This document shows positions 21,498 through 29,891 of a stretch of DNA of 64,000 bases, piece after piece; the first letter of the stretch is position 1; each line of letters starts with the position of its first letter. The stretch is from Candidatus Hermodarchaeota archaeon (lineage in GTDB: Archaea; Asgardarchaeota; Lokiarchaeia; Sigyniarchaeales; SOKP01). Both the position numbers and the translations under genes were made by a program. Location of the stretch: contig JBHLLG010000005.1 of assembly GCA_048885925.1 (NCBI GenBank), positions 1-64,000 on the forward strand, in the 5' to 3' direction. The notes under the pieces are model-generated. The model was given only the letters and a program-made list of their open reading frames with translations. It was not told where the DNA came from and made no database searches.

Positions 21498-22535
21498 TCA
21501 TTTAGTCAAATAGCTTTTCAACTTTTTCGCTTTTTCATAAAAGTCCTTATAGAGAGCATCATCTCCTAATTCAAGACACAAATCAGATATCCTTTCAAAA
21601 TATTCGGCTGTTTGCACAATATCTCCATTTTCTAAACTGATTTTTGCCTGATTAATCAATTGTTCTCTTTCAAATAATGGTTTTAATAGTGGAGAAGCAT
21701 CAGTACTAATCCCCAAAATATCAGCAATTATTTGTATCATTTTGTCTCGATTATCTGGATCGATTGCCACCATTGAATAAGTTTTCATACCAAGTATTTC
21801 TTCTATTTTTTCAACACTCATAGCGTTATGTAAATCTTGTTTGTTTCCTATTATAGCAATATGAGCGTGAGGGGCATGTTCTCTTACCAATTCGATAAAA
21901 AATCGACTTTTTTCAACATTTTCTAATGTAGAATCTGTAATTATGAGAACAGCATCACTCCCAAGAATAAAATCATTCCATAAGTAGCTAAATTGTTCTT
22001 GTCCTGCAAAATCCCATAAATGAAAATATAGTTTTCCGATTTTTACTGTAGAAATTTTCCCTGTAATTGTTGGAATATGCACGGAAGGGATTTCAGTAGC
22101 GCAGATTAATTTTGTAGTTGTAGTTTTCCCAACTCCTGAGAATCCTACTAATGAAATTTTAGTTTTAAGATTTCTATGAATTGAATCCATTATTGGATCA
22201 AGTAACTCCATGAGAGATGGATCTAAATTATCTGCATTATCACCAAATGTCTCTAAAAATTCTTTTTTTAATATGTTCAGTTCTTTTTTTGTTTGTGATA
22301 AAGAATCATTTATATCTGTTATGAACATAAACATTAATCCTAAGTTTTCCTCTATTGTGAACACAATTTTGTATTTAATATAATCATAGCTATCTTGTTC
22401 GATTCCCGTTCCTTTCTTGGAAATTTCAACAATTTCTCGATATATTTTATTGAAATCTTCCATCGGAACTGCTTTTCCAAAATTTTTATTGTATAAGACT
22501 TTCTCTTCCTTTAAAATATAAACTTGCCTTAACAT
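21498..22535 (-). CDS. Small GTPase with N-terminal longin-like domain and C-terminal helical hairpin
   Basis: GFSGVGKTT, PT, WDFAGQ, NKQD. N-terminal 120 aa (MLRQVYIL...LMFMFITD) has a longin-like pattern. Confidence 0.85.
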   Translation of the reverse strand: MLRQVYILKEEKVLYNKNFGKAVPMEDFNKIYREIVEISKKGTGIEQDSYDYIKYKIVFTIEENLGLMFMFITDINDSLSQTKKELNILKKEFLETFGDNADNLDPSLMELLDPIMDSIHRNLKTKISLVGFSGVGKTTTTKLICATEIPSVHIPTITGKISTVKIGKLYFHLWDFAGQEQFSYLWNDFILGSDAVLIITDSTLENVEKSRFFIELVREHAPHAHIAIIGNKQDLHNAMSVEKIEEILGMKTYSMVAIDPDNRDKMIQIIADILGISTDASPLLKPLFEREQLINQAKISLENGDIVQTAEYFERISDLCLELGDDALYKDFYEKAKKLKSYLTK

Positions 22536-23330
22536 AATCCCCAGTTTAAATCCTATAAAATGTAAATCAAAAATAATTTTTTTATATTTAATAAATAGAT
22601 AAAATCATGATTTTGTTATTTTTCCTTGATTCTTCAATCTAAATTTAAATATTTAAATTTTTAGAAATTAAAAATCATGAGATATAATAGGTAGAATTAT
22701 TTTAACTAACTTTAATTTAAAAAAAATGGATTAGATAAATAGATAGGGATATTGGGTATACTTTCTCTTATATTTTATTTATTAAATAACTTTATTCAAA
22801 TTAATTTATTTTTTCAGAATTGAGGGGTGATTTTATGATTAATTTTATCAAATTTTATTAAAAATACCCTTAAATTACGTACTTATTAGATATTTTATTG
22901 TTATTATATTAGGTTACAATTTTCAAAATTGTTAACATTAATTCAAAAGTTAAATACAAATAGTGTTAGAAATAAAGATAAAAAAATCTTTTAATAGACC
23001 ATTATACTCTTAAAAAATTATAACTATTAAGATTATGTTCATTATATCTATCTCTAATATTCTTAATTAGAAAGGAAAAGAGGTCAAAAGTTTGAATAAA
23101 CTTGCTATTTATATGCCAGATAATTCTTAAAATGAACAGAAAATCTTTTTACTAATTTATTTATTTTTCAGAAGTTTGACATATACTTTTACATTTAAAT
23201 TAATTTTTAATTAATAACACAGCAAAAAATACTCTGATGAAAAGTTAAATATTAATGCTGACATTAATAAAGATAAGAATTCTTTTTTTTTGAAAATTAT
23301 TAACATTATAGAAAAAAAGGTATAGGAAAT

Positions 23331-23774
23331 ATGAAGAGAAAAACAATTCAAAGTCTTAATTTTACTATCATACTTATTTTAGTTCTAATTATATCAATAT
23401 TTTTAACACTTTATTTGATTAATCCTATTTATGATGGAGAATGGTTATCATCAGAATTTTTTACAATTTTCTTCTTTGTTATTACAGGCATAACGATTGC
23501 AGTCGGTTCTAGCCTTGTAATATATCATTTAAATCAACGACAGAAAATTCCTACTTTTATTAGGAGAATAAAAAAAATAAAAAAAGCAATAAGAAGAAAA
23601 TATCCAATTTCTGAATCTATATTATATCCAATGAGGATGGAATACATAGTAAACAAATTAGGAAATAAATGGAAAATACTTGGATTATCCTTAGAGTCAA
23701 TTTTAGGAATAGAGGGGATAAAAGGGAAAAAAACTTCTAAAGAAAAAGAAGAATATCAAAGAGGTGGTATATAA
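23331..23774 (+). CDS. Small two-TM protein whose tail is homologous to the tail of the 1451-aa surface protein
   Basis: QKIPTFIRRIKKIKKAI...LGNKWKILGLSLESILGI aligns with SRIPNHVKKIRKIKGSI...FGDEWKEIGLSLDDTLGI. Confidence 0.8.
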   Translation: MKRKTIQSLNFTIILILVLIISIFLTLYLINPIYDGEWLSSEFFTIFFFVITGITIAVGSSLVIYHLNQRQKIPTFIRRIKKIKKAIRRKYPISESILYPMRMEYIVNKLGNKWKILGLSLESILGIEGIKGKKTSKEKEEYQRGGI

Positions 23775-24889
23775 CGCCAGTTGGATTAGTTGTGATGAGA
23801 TGGGATGAAAGGGTTGGAACAGAAATGTTAGTAAAATACCCTGAAGTAATAAACGTTACCGATAAAACTCTTATGCAAGTTTATAGTACTCATGAGTATA
23901 GTGTGGAATCCGGCGTGATCAGTATGATGATTGGTTCCTTAAACATTGCTTCTTACTTCACTGGTCCCGATAAAGGTTTGTACATTATTCTACTCCTAAG
24001 TTCTGATGATGATCCAGATTCATATGAAGAAGGATTAATAGATATCTCTCGAATTATTTTACAAAATTTAGTAGATGATGCCTATATTTCAATGATTCCT
24101 ACATTATTTAGGAGGTTATCTGTTTATCCTACATTAAATAGCGAACAGCACCTTGCTATTACATATCAAGATGAGATTAAACGGATGATACTTAATCGCT
24201 TGAGAGATGAAGGAGTAGTTTCAAAGTCAGAATTAATTATATGGTTAAAAGATCAATATAAACAAGATTTTGTTGATTTAGAAGGGATCTTAAATGAACT
24301 CGCTAAACGTGCAATTGTTAAGGAAACAACAGTTCAAGGTATGCCCTCAGAACTTATATTTTTAATACAAGATGTTGTGGCTTTAAGAATACCTCCTACT
24401 AAAATAGTAGAGGATCCAACTAGTCGCGGTTTGCCTTCAAAACTTGCAGAAAAATACATAACAGAAGTTAAGAATTTTTTTCAAAATTATCAGCCAACAG
24501 ATGGAGACAATCTAAGAATTATAGATATTCTTATTAATCCACAAGTCTATGAAACACTACGATTATTAAGAACATCAATAGTAACTAAGAATGAGCTTGA
24601 TAAACTTAGAAGAAAAGGTATTGATGATCTCGATGATGTATTAAAGATGCTTTGGGATGTACAAATGATTCAAGTTTTTCAAGATAATAAAAATAACGAA
24701 TATTATGCGCTACTCTCGGATTTTTACTTGGATTTAGTTTTTCCAAAATATATATTAAACATTATTAAAAAAGAGTACGAACAAAAATCAAAGGCGACCA
24801 AAGTTCTAATTGAATATCTTACTGTTCTAGAAAATTCCTATTCTAGCATTAAAGTAAGAACTAAAGCCGAAGAAAAAGCTAAAATTTAA
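23774..24889 (+). CDS. Longin/uDENN-like plus tandem winged-helix protein, copy 2; probable ACG start
   Basis: Collinear paralog of 20310-21425. ACG CCA GTT GGA TTA GTT GTG ATG (xPVGLVVM) matches MPIGLVIM. ACG overlaps the upstream TAA; GAGGTGG lies at 23761-23767. Confidence 0.6.
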   Translation, partial: TPVGLVVMRWDERVGTEMLVKYPEVINVTDKTLMQVYSTHEYSVESGVISMMIGSLNIASYFTGPDKGLYIILLLSSDDDPDSYEEGLIDISRIILQNLVDDAYISMIPTLFRRLSVYPTLNSEQHLAITYQDEIKRMILNRLRDEGVVSKSELIIWLKDQYKQDFVDLEGILNELAKRAIVKETTVQGMPSELIFLIQDVVALRIPPTKIVEDPTSRGLPSKLAEKYITEVKNFFQNYQPTDGDNLRIIDILINPQVYETLRLLRTSIVTKNELDKLRRKGIDDLDDVLKMLWDVQMIQVFQDNKNNEYYALLSDFYLDLVFPKYILNIIKKEYEQKSKATKVLIEYLTVLENSYSSIKVRTKAEEKAKI

Positions 24890-24994
24890 TTTTTTATTCG
24901 ATTTTTTTACTTGCTTTTTAGTTTATATCAAAAGATTTTTGAATTGATAGATATTAATCTCCATTAGAATAATCAATAAAATAAAGTGAACTAA

Positions 24995-26341
24995 TTGAAA
25001 AAGATAAAGGAAGACGTATTTGAAAAAAGTTGTGAGCAATACTTTGATATTCCTGAAGCAATGGGTCTAGATGGAATAGATTTAGAGAAATACATTATTG
25101 CAAGTTATATTATAAAGCGTCCTAGGGGAATGAATGTAAATTATCTGGCACGATTTGCAGCAATTGAGCAATCAACAGGTACATGGGTAAGAGTACCTTC
25201 TGAAACTGCGGAAGTAAGAAAATATCACGTAGCTAGAGTGCTAGGCGTATATGAGTTACCTCATTGGGAATATATTGTTCCAAAAGACGAGAAGGAGAGG
25301 TTTTATTTCGCCCAAATTGCTTTTCCTATAGAAAATGTTAAAGGAATGGGTATACCAATGTTATTAACGACCGTAATTGGAAACATTAGTATAACACATG
25401 GACTGAAATTAGTGGATCTAGCATTTCCCAAAGCATGGTTGGAAGATTTTAAAGGCCCAAAATTTGGGATCGACGGAATTCGAGAATTAATGAAAATACC
25501 AGAGCGTCCACTTTTAAACAACATGGTAAAGCCATGTACTGGCCATTCCTCTGACGTGGCAGCCGATTTGGTTTATAAAGCTGCAGTTGGTGGATGCGAC
25601 GTTGTAAAGGATGATGAATTAATATCAGATCCACCATTCAATAGGCTTGAGGATAGGATTGTAAAAGTAATGGAAGCTGTAGACAGAGCTGATTCTGAGA
25701 AGGGTGAGAAAACATTATATACAATAAATATTACTACTAAATTTCCAGAAATGTTTGAATATGCGGATAAAATGATTGAATTGGGAGCAAATGCTTTAAT
25801 GATTAATTACTTAACAACTGGTTTTGAGGCTCTAAGGCAAATAGCAGAAGATCCTTCTATAAAAGTACCGATATTAGGACATATGGATTTTGGTGGGGCT
25901 TATTTTGGGGGAGAATGGACCGGAATGACAAGTATGTTAACCTTCGCAAAATTACCACGAATTTGTGGGGCAGATACTGTAGTAATTCCTGCACCCTATG
26001 GTAAAGCTGAAATTGTAGAGGAAAGATATGAGCAAAATCTTAAAGCATTGCGATATCCTTTAAGACACATTAAACCAACTCTTCCAATGCCGTCAGGAGG
26101 AATTACCCCAGGGATGGTTGAGAAATGCATAAAAGAAGCTGGTAAGGACATCCTTATAGGTAGTGGGGGTGGAATTCACAGTCATCCCGATGGACCAATA
26201 GCAGGGGCTAAAGCATTTAGGCAAGCAATTGATGCTGTAATGGAAGGTAAAAATATTAGAGAAGTTGCTAAACAAAAGAAGGAATTAGGTGTAGCTCTTG
26301 GAGTATGGGGTAGTGGAAAAACTGCTTTAATAGAAGAATAA
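24995..26341 (+). CDS. RuBisCO-like protein (form IV)
   Basis: EQSTGTW, GPKFG, KDDE, YGK and PSGG are present, but the K177, R295 and H327 equivalents are replaced (KPCTG, GHMD, TVVIP). Confidence 0.85.
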   Translation: MKKIKEDVFEKSCEQYFDIPEAMGLDGIDLEKYIIASYIIKRPRGMNVNYLARFAAIEQSTGTWVRVPSETAEVRKYHVARVLGVYELPHWEYIVPKDEKERFYFAQIAFPIENVKGMGIPMLLTTVIGNISITHGLKLVDLAFPKAWLEDFKGPKFGIDGIRELMKIPERPLLNNMVKPCTGHSSDVAADLVYKAAVGGCDVVKDDELISDPPFNRLEDRIVKVMEAVDRADSEKGEKTLYTINITTKFPEMFEYADKMIELGANALMINYLTTGFEALRQIAEDPSIKVPILGHMDFGGAYFGGEWTGMTSMLTFAKLPRICGADTVVIPAPYGKAEIVEERYEQNLKALRYPLRHIKPTLPMPSGGITPGMVEKCIKEAGKDILIGSGGGIHSHPDGPIAGAKAFRQAIDAVMEGKNIREVAKQKKELGVALGVWGSGKTALIEE

Positions 26342-26367
26342 TTTTCTTTTCTTTTAATTTAATTTAT

Positions 26368-27324
26368 TTATAAATAAGATTCTCTTAGAAGAACCCTTAT
26401 TTTAGGATTAAATTTATCTAAACTAGTTTTTAGTGCAACCTTATTACCTCTTAAATCCAAATATTCTAGATTTTTAAAATTTTTAATATAATCTAAGTTG
26501 ACTAATTCACTGATTTTATTATTTGTTAAAATAAGATGCGTTATATTTTCTAAGACTGTTAAATCTTTAATATGTTCAACTTGATTATTCGAGAGATCAA
26601 TTTTTTTTAACTGTTTTAGGTAATTTAGACCAGGAATTTCAGAAATTGAGATAATATTATTCTTCCATCCAAAAGGAGTGCCTTTAACTTCGTATTCCAA
26701 ATAGTCTGATAAATCCAATTCCGAGACTAATCCATTTAGAGGATCTAATTCATAATAGACGTTTGGAAATACTTTTGTAAGGTTCACAATTGTTAAATAA
26801 TTAATTAAAATTTGAGAAAGTTCCTCATTTGTGAAATAATCATACTTTTTAGACTTTAATAAATTCTTCATAATTTTTTTGAACTTCTTATTTTCTATCT
26901 CCTTTTCTTTATTTATATATTTGTGGTTCTTTATTTTTTTAACTTCCTTAAATAAGATCGATTTGGACCGATGATTCCGTATATTTTCTAATGATTTAAT
27001 TATACTTACTAAGCAATTATAATCTGTTTCATTTTTAATCGCCCACTTTAAAGGTACTAATGCTTTATTTAAAAATCGATTATTTATAAATTGTATCGCA
27101 GCATTTCTTATTTTTTCGTTTACTTCAGAGATGATAATATTTTCTAAAATTGTAAAAAGTGAATCGTTAAACACACAAATTTTATCTAATATCTGTATCG
27201 CATCAAATCTAATACTATCGTCTTCAGAATTCTCTATAAAAGAGACTAGCTGCTCAAAAGCAGCAAATTTATTGATTTCATTTCCTTCGAATTGCTTAAA
27301 AATCTTTTTTGGAGTTAGACTCAT
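26368..27324 (-). CDS. HEAT-like N-terminal plus leucine-rich repeat protein
   Basis: LKKIDLSNNQV, ITHLILTNNKI, LEYLDLRGNKV; N-terminus shared with two other paralogs in the window. Confidence 0.8.
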   Translation of the reverse strand: MSLTPKKIFKQFEGNEINKFAAFEQLVSFIENSEDDSIRFDAIQILDKICVFNDSLFTILENIIISEVNEKIRNAAIQFINNRFLNKALVPLKWAIKNETDYNCLVSIIKSLENIRNHRSKSILFKEVKKIKNHKYINKEKEIENKKFKKIMKNLLKSKKYDYFTNEELSQILINYLTIVNLTKVFPNVYYELDPLNGLVSELDLSDYLEYEVKGTPFGWKNNIISISEIPGLNYLKQLKKIDLSNNQVEHIKDLTVLENITHLILTNNKISELVNLDYIKNFKNLEYLDLRGNKVALKTSLDKFNPKIRVLLRESYL

Positions 27325-27545
27325 TTTTAAAATTGAATAGATTTGTTAATTTATGGTTAAATGTCAATTTATTAAATTTAAGAGATATTATATATTTATC
27401 TTTTAGCTAACATCGTATATTTGGTATCAATTGAAATAGTCTTTTCAAATAATCCAAACAGTTTATTCAAATATATTGTATGATAAGGATTAGTTATAAA
27501 TAATCAAAGTCCTATTATAAATATAATAGATATTAGGGGTTAATT

Positions 27546-29870
27546 ATGAAAAAAGTATTGAAGATTTCAAACATAGTATGCTGGTTTTTCATCTTAATAG
27601 GAATTTTATCTATATATAGTAAAGCAACTCTAAGTTTATCTTCAGATAAAATCCATTTGTCTCAAGAGCAGGAGTTTACTTTTTCAGGAAATTATAATGG
27701 AAATATTTCAGTAATGTATTTTGATGAAGGTTCAACATTAAATTCATGGAATAATACTGATTCTGTAACTCAAATTATTCCATTCAATTTCACGAGACAT
27801 GGTTATGATTATGAATATCAAGTAAGTAGATTAGATATTCGAGCAGATGTTGAACTAGGGGAACTTCAAAATTTTACAATTGCTAAGAATACATCTCAAC
27901 AAATAAGTTTAAAACCTGCCTATAGAATTGCCCAAGAATTTACTGCTCCTGAGAACATTACAAAGATTGAAGAATTAATGATTTATTTGACGTTCAATTT
28001 AAGTTCTACAAATGTAACTTCGTACTACTTAGATCTTTTTATTTATGACGAATTTCTTCAAAATCGTCTCGATTGGGTATGGGTCTACGATACTAGAAAA
28101 GTTGTTGATGATTGGATAATATTTCACCCAAATTATAATAAATTTGAACCTAATAAAAAATACAATATTGCTTTCAGATTCTATCATTTAGATTACCCTA
28201 AAAGTCTTTATTGGGATTTTCAATTTGATTTTTGGAAGGCTGAAAATTATACTAATCCTAGTTTTAATAAAGGGATTACAAGATACTATAATACTACTAG
28301 TGAAAGTGAAGCATATTGGACTCCATTTTCAAACGATACTACGATAGATATGTTATGCAATTTTACATATAAAGAAGAAATTGATTGGACTGAAGTAGGG
28401 TTAGAATTAAATATAAACGATGAAAAAGTTATTCCAAATTTTCAAGAGTCTTATTTAACTTTAACCTATTATATAGATCATCCATTAAGCGAAGATATTA
28501 ACTTAACTCTTACAAGTAAACAATTATTTAATTTGCTAACACTCTCGATTAATATTTATTATATTTATTTAATTAGCGTTAATGGAAGTTATAACGTTGG
28601 TGAAGATGGTATTGAATGGACTGTTGAATATTATTATGAGAATATACCATTTGGTTATCCACCTCCACAATTTTTATTTGAGAGAGATTGGGATCTTATA
28701 AAATTAGAGGATTCTGATGAACAAGAATTGAGAAATATATATTTTGGCCCTACATCATTATATAACGAATCCTATTATGGAATTACAACATTTTTTGGTC
28801 CCGTCTTAGAAGAAGGGATCTATACAGGATATTTTAATTCACCAAATTATTGCCATTTGATTAGTGCAAAAGTTAAATCTGGCAATAACTTTGTAATGAA
28901 GCCATCTATAGAGTTAGGGCAAATAATTAAATTAGAAGCAGAAATAATAGATCCCTTTAATCAACAGGTATCTGGAGGAACTGGGAATCTTATGTTATTA
29001 TCTCCCTCTGGAGACATAATTTATAATGAGACTGGTTTAACATCTATAAATGGAAGTGTAAGTAGCTTGGAAATACCAATTTCATCAAACTTCGGTAAAG
29101 GAATATATGAAGCAATAATATTTTGGACAAATGGAAAAGAAATAGCGTATCACACTATACAAATTATCGTTGTGGCTCCTGTTAATATTATATTTTGGGT
29201 GATTTTATCAATAATTATAACTGCAGCTTCTACTCCTCTTGCTCTGGTAGCTCGAAAGTATATTAGACAAAGAAATTGGCAAAAATCCTTGAGAAATTTA
29301 TTTGTCTTTACCAAAGATGGTTTGAGTTTATATGAATATTCCTTTGGTATTGAAATACAAGATCCTGCTCTTATTTCAGCTATGATTTCCGCATTAACTA
29401 ATTTTGTGAGGGAAGCAACGGGAAGCAAGGAAGCATTAAGAGCAATAGATCAAGAAGATAAAAAGATGATTTTATATCATGGTAATCATACTACAATAGC
29501 CATGATGTCCGACAAAGACCTACCAATAATCCATAAGCGTGTAAAAAAATTTTCTGAGATTTTTGAAGGAGAATTTGATTTAAAATTGAAACATTGGGAT
29601 GGAGAAACAACTGCTTTTAAGGGTGCTGAAATTATGGTCAATAAATGCTTTCCTATAGATGTTGAGCGCCAAATAATTCATGGTGTAAGAGGGAAACTTA
29701 TTGAATTTAGAAATATACTTGAAACAATGGCCGAATCGAGGGAAATTATATCATTAATACGTGAAATAACAGACTTTATTTCCCGGTATCGAGCAATTGT
29801 AAATACATATTACATTGATTACTATTTTGAAATAATTAAAATTGCTGAAGAAAAAATATCAGTAGCTTGA
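27546..29870 (+). CDS. Single-pass membrane protein with extracellular beta-rich region and cytoplasmic longin-like domain
   Basis: Signal peptide; TM IIFWVILSIIITAASTPLALVA; cytoplasmic LFVFTKDGLSLYEYSF...LISAMISALTNFVRE...IDQEDKKMIL. Confidence 0.7.
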   Translation: MKKVLKISNIVCWFFILIGILSIYSKATLSLSSDKIHLSQEQEFTFSGNYNGNISVMYFDEGSTLNSWNNTDSVTQIIPFNFTRHGYDYEYQVSRLDIRADVELGELQNFTIAKNTSQQISLKPAYRIAQEFTAPENITKIEELMIYLTFNLSSTNVTSYYLDLFIYDEFLQNRLDWVWVYDTRKVVDDWIIFHPNYNKFEPNKKYNIAFRFYHLDYPKSLYWDFQFDFWKAENYTNPSFNKGITRYYNTTSESEAYWTPFSNDTTIDMLCNFTYKEEIDWTEVGLELNINDEKVIPNFQESYLTLTYYIDHPLSEDINLTLTSKQLFNLLTLSINIYYIYLISVNGSYNVGEDGIEWTVEYYYENIPFGYPPPQFLFERDWDLIKLEDSDEQELRNIYFGPTSLYNESYYGITTFFGPVLEEGIYTGYFNSPNYCHLISAKVKSGNNFVMKPSIELGQIIKLEAEIIDPFNQQVSGGTGNLMLLSPSGDIIYNETGLTSINGSVSSLEIPISSNFGKGIYEAIIFWTNGKEIAYHTIQIIVVAPVNIIFWVILSIIITAASTPLALVARKYIRQRNWQKSLRNLFVFTKDGLSLYEYSFGIEIQDPALISAMISALTNFVREATGSKEALRAIDQEDKKMILYHGNHTTIAMMSDKDLPIIHKRVKKFSEIFEGEFDLKLKHWDGETTAFKGAEIMVNKCFPIDVERQIIHGVRGKLIEFRNILETMAESREIISLIREITDFISRYRAIVNTYYIDYYFEIIKIAEEKISVA

Positions 29871-29891
29871 TTTTTTTTCTAAATATATAAT

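Noticed and set aside
22536-23330. Replication origin
   Set aside because: No adjacent cdc6/orc1 and no recognizable repeated ORB elements with G-strings.
24995-26341. Carbon-fixing form III RuBisCO
   Set aside because: The K177, R295 and H327 equivalents are substituted.
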